Origin: Polyangiales bacterium
Lineage (GTDB): Bacteria > Myxococcota_A > Polyangia > Polyangiales > Polyangiaceae
Reading direction: 5' to 3'
Assembly: GCA_038230375.1 (NCBI GenBank)
Contig: JBBRNJ010000001.1
Location: 160,001 to 224,000, forward strand
Length of the DNA: 64,000 bases
Position numbers and translations under genes: made by a program. Numbering within the stretch: the first letter of the stretch is position 1; every line of letters starts with the position of its first letter. Shown here in pieces: positions 1 to 9,955 of this stretch. The notes below the pieces were generated by a model, which was not told the DNA's origin, made no database searches, and was given only the letters and a program-made list of their open reading frames with translations.

Positions 1-668
1 AGGTCACGCGCAAGGACGAACCGAAGCGGCTCACCTTTGATGCCCGGCGCCTCGAGGAGCATTTCATCCGCACGAGCGAGCTCGCTTGGGAGGTCGAGAA
101 TCGCAGCGGCCAGGTGCGCACGTTCTACGTCGTGGTCGCGGCCAGCCAGAACGCAAAGATCATCGGCGCGGACCGCGTCGACTTCGACGAGGTGAACAAG
201 CGCGCGATCGCCGTCTTCGTGGTCCCGCCGAAGACCAAGGCCACGCGCACGTTCACGATCACGGAGGGCCTCTCCACGACCTACGACACTGGCCAGCTCA
301 CGGAGAAGAGCGCGAAGGCGATCCTGGCGAAGTCGATGATCGCAGCGGCGGACCTGGCCGTGCTGCGTGACGCGATGGACAAGGTGCGGGCGATGGAGAG
401 CGAGGCGAAGAACTACCGCGCCATCGAGAAGACGGTCGGGACCACGAACACCGACCTGGAGCGCTTCCGCGAGGACCTGAAGGCGCTCGGCAGCAACGGA
501 GGCGCAGCGAACGCAGGAGGCGTGGTCGCCACACCGCTGGTCAAGCGCCTGGTCGACGCGGAGGATCGCTATGCGGCGGCGCAGAAGAACCGCGACGCGG
601 TGGCGAAGGCCCTGGAGGAGCGCACGGAGGCGCTCCGCGAGGCGCTGAAGAAGCTAGAGACGAACTAG
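1..668 (+). CDS. C-terminal part of a hypothetical protein with a coiled-coil tail (possibly DUF4139-like); 5' end probably outside window
   Basis: ORF 114..668 with GC3-biased codons and no convincing start; appears to run in from the window edge; heptad-rich C-terminus ending REALKKLETN*. Confidence 0.6.
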   Translation, partial: VTRKDEPKRLTFDARRLEEHFIRTSELAWEVENRSGQVRTFYVVVAASQNAKIIGADRVDFDEVNKRAIAVFVVPPKTKATRTFTITEGLSTTYDTGQLTEKSAKAILAKSMIAAADLAVLRDAMDKVRAMESEAKNYRAIEKTVGTTNTDLERFREDLKALGSNGGAANAGGVVATPLVKRLVDAEDRYAAAQKNRDAVAKALEERTEALREALKKLETN

Positions 669-918
669 GTCGAAGACGGCTTCTTGGTCAGCCCGTCTTT
701 CGCTCGAGCACCGTCACGCGCTCCTTCAGATCGGCCGCGTCTCCGCGAAGCGTTCGATCGGCGCGGAAGAGATCAACCAGCGTTTGCACGGTGTCGCGGA
801 CGGCAACGAGCTCCGTCGCGACGCGAATCTCGGATGAGGCCTGACGTTCGACCACCGCGTCGAGCCGGCCGCACGATCGCATCCGACTTCTCCACGCCCA
901 GCGCCCGTGCCGTGTGCG
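633..918. repeat. Copy A of a degenerate direct repeat (copy B at 6815-7396)
   Basis: 633-668 vs 6815-6850 (33/36 identical); 842-869 vs 6876-6903 (24/28); 872-918 vs 7350-7396 (45/47). Confidence 0.85.
688..870 (-). pseudogene. C-terminal half of a small coiled-coil protein gene (fragment)
   Basis: GRLDAVVERQASSEIRVATELVAV...LERKTG*; lacks a proper start; matching N-terminal half lies at ~6870-6990. Confidence 0.5.
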
Positions 919-1006
919 CTGCGAGAGAAGACGGCGTTCAGATCAGGGCGCGCTGCGGCAACTTCCAAACGCTACCGAGCGTGTCGTCTTGCGCTAGGAT
1001 TCGCGC

Positions 1007-2188
1007 ATGCGTCCCTTTCTCCGTGTGTCGTTGCCAGTGGTCCTCTCTTTCGTCGGTTGCGCGCAGTCAACGTGGTTCGGCAAGGAATACATGCCGCTCG
1101 CACAGGTGAAGACCGTCCTTGCGACGGAGAAGGACAAGGACCCCCTGCTCGGGCGCATCACTCCGACGGGCGAGACGGTGCCCGGCTACTCGACCGCGCA
1201 GGCGGCGAACAAGGGCTACGACCTCAAGTGGGAGGACGTGCAGAACGGGCGGCTCTGCGTCACGACGGAGGCCAAGAGCTGGTACAAGGACGGCGAGAAC
1301 CGCGCCGAGCAGTACGACCGCGAACACATCGAGAACGGCTTTGGCGCGGATACGATGGTCGTCGAGGCGAAGAAGTCACTCGACGACATCACGGAGGCGA
1401 CGCAGTGGCCCTCGAGCACGCCGAAGGGCAGCATCGACAAGGTCGAAGCGAAGGTCGTGAAGCGCACGCATTCCGATCGCGCATCCGGCCTCTCCGGCTC
1501 CGCCGGCATCGAGCCCGGCTACAAGGTCGTCTACGAGGTCAGGTGGTGCGGTCCCGCGCCCGGGATCGCCGCCGACACGCGCTACGTGGTGATCACTCGC
1601 TACCTCTCACGGAGCACCGGCGTCGCGCCGAGCTACTTCATCTGGGCGGTGGATCGCGAGCCGGGCTCCACGCCGGCAACCGACGCCAAGGGCGAGCCGT
1701 CAACTCCTCAGCACCAACGCCGCCGCGCGGATTCAGCCGAGGCCCGAGAGCCCGCGGATCCAGCTGCGGCAACGGACGATCTGCTCGTGACGGCGAGCCG
1801 CGACGGCCGTTTCACCACGTTTCTGGATCTCCTCGCGACCAGCACGTTTCGCGACAAGCTGAAATCCGGCGACTACACGCTGTTCATTCCCACGGACGCG
1901 GCGCTCGCAAAGATCCCCGACGAGGTCAAGAAGTGGCGCAAGGACAAGAAGCTGCTCGAGCAGGTGATGCAGACGCACATCGTCGGCGGCAAGCGAACCC
2001 CGAAGGCGATCCGAGATGGGGTCAGCAGCGCTGACGGCTTCGGCAAGCTTCAGAATCAGCTCGGTGACTATCTCGAGGTTCGACCAGACCACGACACGTT
2101 CCGGATCGCGAAGCGCGCGACCGTGGTGATGCCGCCGATCGACGCGAGCAACGGCCTCATCTACGCGATCGATGCATCGTTGCAGTGA
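1007..2188 (+). CDS. Lipoprotein with C-terminal fasciclin (FAS1) domain
   Basis: Lipobox FVGC; FAS1 motifs YTLFIPTDAA and ASNGLIYAID. Confidence 0.75.
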   Translation: MRPFLRVSLPVVLSFVGCAQSTWFGKEYMPLAQVKTVLATEKDKDPLLGRITPTGETVPGYSTAQAANKGYDLKWEDVQNGRLCVTTEAKSWYKDGENRAEQYDREHIENGFGADTMVVEAKKSLDDITEATQWPSSTPKGSIDKVEAKVVKRTHSDRASGLSGSAGIEPGYKVVYEVRWCGPAPGIAADTRYVVITRYLSRSTGVAPSYFIWAVDREPGSTPATDAKGEPSTPQHQRRRADSAEAREPADPAAATDDLLVTASRDGRFTTFLDLLATSTFRDKLKSGDYTLFIPTDAALAKIPDEVKKWRKDKKLLEQVMQTHIVGGKRTPKAIRDGVSSADGFGKLQNQLGDYLEVRPDHDTFRIAKRATVVMPPIDASNGLIYAIDASLQ

Positions 2189-2208
2189 ACCCCGACCACG
2201 TCTTCGCC

Positions 2209-2770
2209 CTACCGAGGGCACGTCAGGCTTCCACGGCGACCGACGCGATGGGCAGCACCTTCTCGTGAAGCCGCACGAGCGCGCCAAGGAGCGCATCGAT
2301 CGCCCGCCACGTTCGGATAGCGAGCGATCGCGTTGCGCCAGTCGCTCATCACGCCTTTCACGCACTCGAGCTGGTTCTTGTTCGGCGCACGAATGAATGT
2401 GACGCGTACCTGATGCCCTCGCTTCACCGCCTTCTCGGTCAGCGCGAACGGGAGCGACGATGGGCGGCGCACGTAGGCCGAGCGATCCTTGAGCCACTTC
2501 TTCATCAGCTCCGTGGTGACGGAGAGCGGCGAGTCATCTACGGGAAGCGCACCATTGATCTAACAACGTCGACCGTCGCGCTCGGCGTGGACAGCGCGTG
2601 CGTGATCCATGTGCGCAGGGAGATGGTCGACGGAAAGGGAAATACCTTTCCCCCGGCGAGCAGATCGATCGTGAGGAGCTGCGGCTCGTCGCTCGCGCGG
2701 TAGCTCAGTGAGAACGCGTTGGGCCTGTATGCAAAACGGAGACGTGGGCTGATGAGCGTCCCAACCATCG
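2209..2770 (-). pseudogene. Probable fragmented gene of unknown function
   Basis: Protein-like segments in different frames (…LSTPSATVDVV / INGALPVDDSPLSVTTELMKKWLKDR…) broken by a stop or frameshift near 2560. Confidence 0.3.
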
Positions 2771-2834
2771 AGCGACCGTACCAGAGGACTCCTGAACCCT
2801 CGAACCAAGCGCGAGGGCATGACAGAATCCGGCC

Positions 2835-5102
2835 ATGACCAAGGTCCCGAAGGCTGAAGCTGCCGCTCTCAATCGGTCTCACGCCCTGGCCACGAAAGGC
2901 GACAAGGCGACCGCGCAGAAGTACCTTGCGGAGTATCTCGAAGGGGGCGGCAAGGCGACGCCTGCGATCCTCACGAACCTCCTGTACGCGTTCAATCCAG
3001 ACGTCTCTCTTCCTGCAAAGAGCGCGAAGAAATACCTCGATCTCGCATTGGAGCTCGCGCGCTCGAACGCGGCGTTTCTCGACTGCGGTTTTCTCGAGAA
3101 CCTCTGCATCGTCTTGAACAACGTGGGCCGAGGGCCCGACTCGGTGCTGATCACCGAGCATGCGCTCGAGCAAGACGTCGAGCTCACCGCCGGCTGCTAC
3201 ACCGGCATGACGTATGGCGCGTGGATCAGCAAGGACACGGCGCTCATGCAGCGCGCCGCCGATCACGTGGACCGCGTGCTCGAAGCGGATGCTGATCGTC
3301 TCGGCGAGACGCCGACGGTCTTCGACAACACCGGCGCCCTCCACCTGCGTCTCGGAAACGTGGCGAAGGCGATTGCGTACGTCCGCCTGTGCAAGAAGTA
3401 CGAATACGCAGGATGGAAGGGTATCGAGACGTCCCCCGATTTCGCGGCGCTCGTCGGCAACGCGGAGTTTCACGCGCTGTTCAGGCTGGAGCCTGCGCCA
3501 CCGGTCGACATCATCGTCCTTGCGGAGCTCGATCTCGAGCCCAAGCGCATGACCAGGTGGCGCGCGCTCTCTCTCACGGAGCGCAGCCTCACGTGGTCCC
3601 CGGTCGCGCCCGTGTTCCGCGGCGAGCGCCCAGCAGCGGAAGGCGCAACGGAGGCGCCCGCGACCGTGGGCGCGCTGCTGGATGCGATGGAGGCGACCTT
3701 CGCGAAGGACCCGGCGACCCCGAGCTTTCTCGACATCGAAGGCGGCCTGGTCTCCGGGTTCCTGAGCGGCCAGCACTCCCCGCGGTTTCACCAGGATCTC
3801 GCGACTGCGCTGCGCCTTGCGTCGCTCGCCGGCGCGAAGGGATCTGCGCGCTTCGTTCTTCCCACGGAGCAGGCCGCGTTGTCCTTCGCGATCGCAAAGG
3901 GAACCGACGACGAAGCGCCGGGCTGGGGATCCGTCCAGGAGCTCCTGCAGGACGAGGCGATCTCCGCTCGGATCGTGGACGCGGTGGGATGGGTGAAGGC
4001 GAAGCTGGCCGCTCCGGAGCTCGTGCGGAGAGCGTATCGCACGCAGGCGGAACAATTTGGCGTCGGGCCCATGAACGATACGCATCGCGCGCTCCTTGCC
4101 GCGATGAAGGCGGTGGGCGCAGCGGCGCTCTACCCCGGCGTGGCGGCTCTGAAGGCGCCGAACGGCCGTGCCCTTGGCACCATCTGGTCCAGCCCGAAGG
4201 CGCTGGCCGCGGCGATCGACGGTGCGGAGCCGCTCGCGCGAGTCCTTGGTCTCGAGCTCCTCTCCCGGGTGCAGCCGAAGAGCGTCCTCGCGCTCGCCGA
4301 GCAGCTGGCGAGGGATGAGTCGGCAGAGGTCCGCAAGGCCGCTGTCAGCGCCGTCGCGCAGGTCGCAGAGCCAGCGGCCATCACGTTCTTGCTCGCATCG
4401 CTTGCCGACGAGACGGTGGGCTTCGCCGCCGCCGATGCGCTCGTCCGCCAGCGCGCGAAGGAGACCAACAAGCGGCTCCTCGCCGCGCTCGACGCCCCGC
4501 TCGAGCCGCTCTTGCGCGCGACCCACCTGCTCTACGCGATCGGAAAGCGCCAGCTCGTCGCCGCCGTCCCGCAGCTCTTCGCGCTGTGGAGCGATCACCC
4601 CACGAGGGAGGTTCGCAAGGAGGCCGCCCGTGCGCTCGCCTTCGTCGGCTCGGCGGAGGTCAAAGCGCGCGAGCAAGATCTCGTCTTCACGTTGCTGGGA
4701 ATGGGCAAGGCCCTCAACGGGAACGATACGCGCAGGCGTGAGCTCCTCGAGATCACGAAGCGCGACAACGGTGGGATCCTCCGCTTCGAAGGACTCGACG
4801 TGAAGCGCCTCCAGACGCTGGTCGACGAAGGCTTCATCGATCTCACGGGTACGCAGAACGATAGCCCGTCGGCGGGCGACTTCTTCGGGCTCATGAAGGA
4901 CCATCCCGAGGTCACGGCCAACGGGTATGCCGTCTCCGCGAAGCGCACGGACTATCGCGTGAGCATCGACAGCATCGAGGTCTACATCAACGAGGTGCCG
5001 GAGGACCGACGGCCCGCGCTCCGGCAGATCTTCGACGCGCTCACGGAGCGTGCGACCAACTCGGAGTCCGGGGACGATCGCTTGCACGTCTGGTGGACCT
5101 GA
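2835..5102 (+). CDS. TPR-like / HEAT-repeat protein
   Basis: 755 aa; helical TPR-like N-terminus, HEAT-like repeats (EVRKAAVSAVAQ, EVRKEAARALAF). Confidence 0.7.
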   Translation: MTKVPKAEAAALNRSHALATKGDKATAQKYLAEYLEGGGKATPAILTNLLYAFNPDVSLPAKSAKKYLDLALELARSNAAFLDCGFLENLCIVLNNVGRGPDSVLITEHALEQDVELTAGCYTGMTYGAWISKDTALMQRAADHVDRVLEADADRLGETPTVFDNTGALHLRLGNVAKAIAYVRLCKKYEYAGWKGIETSPDFAALVGNAEFHALFRLEPAPPVDIIVLAELDLEPKRMTRWRALSLTERSLTWSPVAPVFRGERPAAEGATEAPATVGALLDAMEATFAKDPATPSFLDIEGGLVSGFLSGQHSPRFHQDLATALRLASLAGAKGSARFVLPTEQAALSFAIAKGTDDEAPGWGSVQELLQDEAISARIVDAVGWVKAKLAAPELVRRAYRTQAEQFGVGPMNDTHRALLAAMKAVGAAALYPGVAALKAPNGRALGTIWSSPKALAAAIDGAEPLARVLGLELLSRVQPKSVLALAEQLARDESAEVRKAAVSAVAQVAEPAAITFLLASLADETVGFAAADALVRQRAKETNKRLLAALDAPLEPLLRATHLLYAIGKRQLVAAVPQLFALWSDHPTREVRKEAARALAFVGSAEVKAREQDLVFTLLGMGKALNGNDTRRRELLEITKRDNGGILRFEGLDVKRLQTLVDEGFIDLTGTQNDSPSAGDFFGLMKDHPEVTANGYAVSAKRTDYRVSIDSIEVYINEVPEDRRPALRQIFDALTERATNSESGDDRLHVWWT

Positions 5103-5174
5103 GCGGCGATCGCGCGCACGACCTACGGCGCTGGTTTGCCATCGGCGACGCCCACGCGGCGGATCAAGGTGCAT

Positions 5175-5855
5175 TCAACGTCGGCGAGCGTTGCATCCGC
5201 CGTTGCTCCAGAGACGGTTCCCCGCGCTCGCGGAGCCGGGGGCGCGCGGCGTGCGCTGCCACGCGATACGCCCCCGATCGTCCGGCCCGATCAGATTGCC
5301 GACGAAGGTGTCGGTGATCTTGCGGGGCTCGGTGGGCGCATCCATGGCGAAGACCAGGTCGAACGGCTTGGGCCCGGCCTCGGCGTAGGTACCGAAGGTC
5401 CCGTTTGGCGAGAAGTGCGGAGAGAACTGGCCTCTTGCCTGCGGAAAACACCGCAGCTCCTTGAGCTTCATCGCCGCGACATCCACGCCCATGATGCAAT
5501 GGTTCTGCCGATCGACGAACAGAGGTAGAGCGCCACCCGCGGCCGTGCCCCACGGAAGTAGATCGCCGAGCTCCACCTCTCCGCGTGTCCGAGCCCTTCC
5601 CGCCACGTCGATGACCAGCATGTGGCGGGTGGGCCTGGGGCTGTTTGCGGTCGGCGGCCCGCCGTTGTTCACGTCGGGCCAGAACTCGACGAGCAGCGTG
5701 CGGTCGTCCGCGCCGAAGTGCACGAAGTTGATCTGCGTCGCGTGCACGTCTTCGGCAAGCCGTTCGAACGTATGGCCGCCGTCATCGGAGAAGAACACGC
5801 GTACCGGCGCACGGCGGAGTTGAACGGACACGGGCATTGTGCGAAGTACCCACAT
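5175..5855 (-). CDS. Hypothetical beta-propeller/TolB-like protein, possibly truncated
   Basis: Asp-box-like SDDGGHTF and PD40-like SPHFSPNG motifs; C-terminus looks degenerate. Confidence 0.4.
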   Translation of the reverse strand: MWVLRTMPVSVQLRRAPVRVFFSDDGGHTFERLAEDVHATQINFVHFGADDRTLLVEFWPDVNNGGPPTANSPRPTRHMLVIDVAGRARTRGEVELGDLLPWGTAAGGALPLFVDRQNHCIMGVDVAAMKLKELRCFPQARGQFSPHFSPNGTFGTYAEAGPKPFDLVFAMDAPTEPRKITDTFVGNLIGPDDRGRIAWQRTPRAPGSASAGNRLWSNGGCNARRR

Positions 5856-5888
5856 GATCGAAAGAGCGCGCAGCGGCGCCGTTCGCTG

Positions 5889-6746
5889 ATGTCACTCCTG
5901 GATTGCGAAGTCGTCGTCACGCGCAACGGAGCCACCGCGCTTCGCGATCGCGTCAGCGGCGAGGTGATGCACCCGATGGGGCATGCGACGGAGGCGCAGG
6001 AGGTGTACGTGGGTCCCGCGCGCCTGGAAGGGCGCCTGCGTGAAGGTGGCGAGCCGCTCGTGCTCCTGGACGTGGGTCTTGGCGCCGCGTCCAACGCCAT
6101 CTGCGCGTGGCGGCTCTCCGAGTCGCTTCCGGCCTCCGCGCGACGCCTGGAGATCGTGAGCTTCGAGCACGATCTGGGCGCCCTCGAACTGGCACTCACG
6201 CCCGCGCACGTGGAGGCGTTCGGGTTCTCCCCCGTGGGCTCGGACGCGTACGTAGCGGCCAGCGCGATCGTCGCTCATGGTCGACATGAGACCCCGCGCA
6301 CGCTGTGGCGACTCAGCTTTGGGGATGCCCTGCGAGCCTTCGAAGCCGAGCCGGACGCAACGGCGGATGTGGTGTTCTGGGACATGTTCTCCAGCGGGGT
6401 GCATCTGGACCAGTGGACGGTCTCCGCGTTTCGCGCGGTGAGGCGGCTGTGCAGAGCGAGGGCCACGCTGCACACCTACAGGGCAGCGACTTCCGCTCGC
6501 TCGGCGCTGCTCCTTTCCGGGTTTGCGGTGGGTATTGGCCCTCCCAGCGGGGAGCAGGGGCAGACCACCGTCGGTGCGGTCAACTGGGAGGACCTGACGG
6601 AGCCGCTGGGGACGCGCTGGCTTCAGCGGCTCATGCGCTCCTCGGCGCCGTTCCCTACGGATGTTGCGAGCGACGAGCCAGCGCGCGCGGAGGCGATGCG
6701 CACGATCAACGCGCACCCCCAGTTTCAGCCCGCGCGGCGCTCCTGA
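5889..6746 (+). CDS. MnmC-like (Methyltransf_30) SAM-dependent tRNA methyltransferase domain protein
   Basis: GEVMHP, LDVGLGAASN (SAM motif I), DVVFWDMFS, GFAVG motifs; ATG at 5889. Confidence 0.75.
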   Translation: MSLLDCEVVVTRNGATALRDRVSGEVMHPMGHATEAQEVYVGPARLEGRLREGGEPLVLLDVGLGAASNAICAWRLSESLPASARRLEIVSFEHDLGALELALTPAHVEAFGFSPVGSDAYVAASAIVAHGRHETPRTLWRLSFGDALRAFEAEPDATADVVFWDMFSSGVHLDQWTVSAFRAVRRLCRARATLHTYRAATSARSALLLSGFAVGIGPPSGEQGQTTVGAVNWEDLTEPLGTRWLQRLMRSSAPFPTDVASDEPARAEAMRTINAHPQFQPARRS

Positions 6747-6814
6747 TTCAGGGGATCGAACCGCGGCGCCGTCGGCAAGGCCCTGGAAGTGTCGCGATGG
6801 CGTGATCCCCGGCC

Positions 6815-7396
6815 CTCCGCGAGGCGCTGAAGAAGCTGGAGACCAACCAGTACCGCGACACAGAGGACTGTAGCTTGACGTGCAACCAAGGCGTCGAGCC
6901 GGCTGTTGGTGTTGTCGAGGCGGCCGCTGGTGGCTCGGATCTCGTCGCGGATCTGGATGAGGATCTCGGTAGAAAAGTCGGTGGCTGGAAGTCTGGGCGT
7001 CGGGTCAGCTGCGGGTCTTGCCCACGGCGCGCCGCTGGAGTTGCTCGACGCCTGCCATGCTGAGCGTGAGGGTGACGCGCCAGCTGCCGCCCACGTGCCG
7101 CGGCTTCGCCGTGACGCGCTCGCCGAGGAGGTCCGACAGCGCCTTCGCGGCGGCGCGCGAGAGCATGAGCGCAGACTTCCGCGCGGGGTCGCGCCTGGCG
7201 TTCTTCCGGTTCTGGCGCGTCTTCCTTGCCTCGCGCAGGATCTCGCGAGCGCTGAGCGCGTCGATCGGGTGCACCTCACCGTCGATCGTGATCCCCGTCT
7301 CGAGGAGCGCCGAAGGCGAATCGAGCGCCGCCGTCGCCTCTGCGTACTTCACGATCGCATCCGACTTCTCCACGCCCAGCACCCGCGCCGTGTGCG
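6815..7396. repeat. Copy B of a degenerate direct repeat (copy A at 633-918)
   Basis: Three collinear blocks of 86-96% identity to 633-918. Confidence 0.85.
6870..6990 (-). pseudogene. N-terminal half of the small coiled-coil protein gene (fragment)
   Basis: ATDFSTEILIQIRDEIRATSGRLDNTNSRLDALVARQA overlaps in sequence with RLDAVVERQA of the 688-870 fragment. Confidence 0.45.
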
Positions 7397-7652
7397 GCGC
7401 AAAGTGGCGAGCGACGCGCATGAACTTGAAGGCCTGCGATCGGCGGACGAGGTCACGCTCCTCGAGCATGTTCGTGAACGAAGCATGACCGAGCGCGCGC
7501 CACAGCTCCTTCTTGTCGAGCTCCAGGAGCGCCGCGCCGATCTCGTAGAACGCCTTCGCAGCGATGACCTTGTTCGTGGCCACCGCGTCGCAGAGCTCCT
7601 CACCGCGACGAACCGCGGCGCCCTTCTGAACCACTACCGTCCCCTTCGCCAT
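7005..7652 (-). CDS. Hypothetical protein (DUF3102-like N-terminal helix bundle)
   Basis: 215 aa; AFYEIGAALLEL…W…F…RSQAFKFMRVA pattern resembles DUF3102. Confidence 0.55.
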   Translation of the reverse strand: MAKGTVVVQKGAAVRRGEELCDAVATNKVIAAKAFYEIGAALLELDKKELWRALGHASFTNMLEERDLVRRSQAFKFMRVARHFAPHTARVLGVEKSDAIVKYAEATAALDSPSALLETGITIDGEVHPIDALSAREILREARKTRQNRKNARRDPARKSALMLSRAAAKALSDLLGERVTAKPRHVGGSWRVTLTLSMAGVEQLQRRAVGKTRS

Positions 7653-7801
7653 TCACGAATACTACCGAAGGAGACGACGCCTCGAAAAGGACCAAAATCC
7701 ACCCACGAGTGCAGGCGCCTGCACTGGGGTTCTGCAGCCAAATTCTCGGTGCCTCAGCGAATCGAATTCGTGCGTGCGCGTAGCCTACGGCGGCTCCATG
7801 G

Positions 7802-9070
7802 TCACTTGGACGCGGGGGGCGCGCTGTTGCCAAGGGCGTGGGCGAGATCTTGCGATCCGTCGAGTGCGGCGTTGAGGCTCTTGCGCGCGTCATCACCGGT
7901 CTGACCAATGAGCATTCCGCACGCTGCACCCATCGCGCCCAGCTCCTGGGAGTGGTTCAAGATGTGCCCGGCCGAATCCAGCAGATCCGATGCTCCATCA
8001 GCGAGCACCTTCGCGCGCCCGCGTGCGGCCAGGAACACGACAGGGAGATGGCGTTCGAACGCGCCAAGGATGCGCGCGACCTCCTTGTCAGACCGCGCGC
8101 CCGGGTCAACGATGATCGCGAATGATCCATCGGGACAGGCCGCGCGCGCCGCGCCGCTCGCGCTGCAGCTCTTCTGGCAGTCGACGTCTCCCGAACACTT
8201 TGGCGCGGCAAGCGGCTTCGTACAGGTCTGCGCGAGCATCGCCTCGCTGCACGTCCCCGCGCAGATGGCGTCACAATGATCCCCGGCGTCGCGAAGAGCG
8301 CAGTCGCCCGTACATGTTCCCGTACACACGCTGCTGCACGTGCAGCCTCCCGTGCAGTCCATGGCGTCGTCGGCCACCGCGCCACAGGTGCCCACGCAAG
8401 CTCCGTTGCAGGTGCCTGTGCATGATGCGGGGGCGGTCTCTGCTCCTATGCATTTTCCCGTGCAGGTCCCGGCGCAGACACCCTCTCGCGCATCTCGAGG
8501 GCAGCGCTCCTCCGTAGATGCCTCGGTGCACCCAGCCTGCGCGACGCACTTCTGTTCGCAGGCCACCTGAAAGCTGGTGTCGGTCGTGCACTGCGGCGTG
8601 ATGACCTGAAGCGCGAAGTGCAAGCGGTCGAGGCGTGGTCGCACGTTCGCGACGCGCTCGGCGGCGATCTTGCACCACTCACGCGCCGCGTCTGGCTCCG
8701 ACTTTCCCGCGATGCGAGGATCCGCCGGATTGGCTCCAAGCTCCACGGCAAGGCCGGAGCACGCGCCACTCACCTCGTGCAGCATGTGGCTCGCCACCGC
8801 GGCCAGGTCGCTCGCAGCTTGCGCGAACGCGCCGTAGGAGCGCTGGAGATCGCCAGTGACGCCGAACGTGGATTTCGAGAGATCCGCGCCGGCCCGAAAA
8901 TCCGTACATACGACCGAGGTCGGCTCGGGGTTGGTGCCGCATCCGCTCGCCATCAGAGCAGCGCCGACCGCAAGACCCGTCACGATCGCGATCGATCGCC
9001 TCGCGTTCAACGTGGCCCCTTCCCGCCGTCGGTTGGGTTGAATGCGGTTCTGGTTCGCCGGCTTGTTCAT
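7802..9070 (-). CDS. Cysteine-rich myxobacterial lipoprotein
   Basis: Lipobox ASGC; multiple CxGxC repeats. Confidence 0.75.
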   Translation of the reverse strand: MNKPANQNRIQPNRRREGATLNARRSIAIVTGLAVGAALMASGCGTNPEPTSVVCTDFRAGADLSKSTFGVTGDLQRSYGAFAQAASDLAAVASHMLHEVSGACSGLAVELGANPADPRIAGKSEPDAAREWCKIAAERVANVRPRLDRLHFALQVITPQCTTDTSFQVACEQKCVAQAGCTEASTEERCPRDAREGVCAGTCTGKCIGAETAPASCTGTCNGACVGTCGAVADDAMDCTGGCTCSSVCTGTCTGDCALRDAGDHCDAICAGTCSEAMLAQTCTKPLAAPKCSGDVDCQKSCSASGAARAACPDGSFAIIVDPGARSDKEVARILGAFERHLPVVFLAARGRAKVLADGASDLLDSAGHILNHSQELGAMGAACGMLIGQTGDDARKSLNAALDGSQDLAHALGNSAPPASK

Positions 9071-9765
9071 AGTGCGTATCCGATCTCGAGAAGGTGGATG
9101 ACCGGGACAGGTGCTTTCGCCGTGTAGCGCATGGCGTCAGCGACGCTGCCTTTGCCTTCGATCGGGACCACGAGTCCGTACTTCGCTGCGTCGAAGCTGG
9201 GTGCGTCGCTCACGATGGGGAGCTCCACGCCGACATCAAACCCAAGGGTCAATCGCTGCGTCAGCATCCACTGGAAACCAGCATGAGGTGAGATGTAGAC
9301 GACGCTGGCGTAGGCATGTGCATCGACCTTCTGCATCTGGCGGAAGGCGAGACGATCCTCGGACATGGTCCCCTTCGTCTGCGCATAGCCCCCCGCCACC
9401 CCAAGAAAGAAGGCATTGCGAAATGGAAAGACGCGCGCGAAGGCCTCGGCCGACGCGCGGCGCGTCGTGGCTGCAGTTCCCGGAAGTGGTGTGTCTGGCA
9501 AGTAGGAGAACGCGGCGCCAGCGCCGAGCAATCCTCGCCACTTCCCGAAGAGCCCAAGGCGAGCGCCATCAGGCGCGCCCGCGCCGACGGTGGGTCCGAG
9601 CCGAAACGAACCCAGGAGGCCCTGCTCGGTATATCGAGACACCACGGCCGGAGCGTCGGGAGCGCGAGCTGGGTCGGCGTGCACATCGGGGGTCATGGAG
9701 ACGCCCGCGACGACGAGTGCAAGCCCAGTGAAGGCCGAAAACTTCGCACGCAAGGATGTCCCCAT
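9067..9765 (-). CDS. Secreted protein, probable outer-membrane beta-barrel
   Basis: Signal peptide (VHA|D), alternating amphipathic strands, C-terminal EIGYAL; 4-bp overlap with the downstream gene. Confidence 0.6.
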   Translation of the reverse strand: MGTSLRAKFSAFTGLALVVAGVSMTPDVHADPARAPDAPAVVSRYTEQGLLGSFRLGPTVGAGAPDGARLGLFGKWRGLLGAGAAFSYLPDTPLPGTAATTRRASAEAFARVFPFRNAFFLGVAGGYAQTKGTMSEDRLAFRQMQKVDAHAYASVVYISPHAGFQWMLTQRLTLGFDVGVELPIVSDAPSFDAAKYGLVVPIEGKGSVADAMRYTAKAPVPVIHLLEIGYAL

Positions 9766-9927
9766 CCTCCGGGGAACGACAGCCCGCCGGCTTCCTGAAG
9801 CTCGGATGCGTCAGGGGATCGGAGATGGGTCGAGTTCACGATGGCGTGATCTCGCTGTCATGCCCCCGTCGAGTCTGTCGCGCTGCTTGAAACACCGAAG
9901 AGCGTGGGACTCCGGGAAAAGCGCGCC

Positions 9928-9943
9928 TGGCACGCGCGCTGCA
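9928..9943 (+). promoter_or_regulatory. Sigma54 (-24/-12) promoter
   Basis: TGGCACGCGCGCTGCA = GG-N10-GC, 12 nt before ATG 9956. Confidence 0.6.
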
Positions 9944-9955
9944 CCGGCGCGGGCC

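Noticed and set aside
2560..2562. In-frame TAG as a recoding (pyrrolysine/readthrough) site
   Set aside because: The surrounding region shows other apparent frameshifts; decay is simpler, and no pyl genes are present.
2538..5174. 878-aa minus-strand ORF (likewise 13114-15246, 15728-18130, 30182-32047, 56500-58797)
   Set aside because: Antisense shadows of well-supported genes; Arg/Ala-rich and motif-free, typical of high-GC DNA.
5889..6746. Functional link between the MnmC-like methyltransferase and the tRNA array
   Set aside because: 56 kb apart with no evidence of co-regulation.
633..7396. Prophage or IS with att sites or target duplication
   Set aside because: No integrase, transposase, terminal inverted repeats or phage genes are visible; reported only as a duplication scar.
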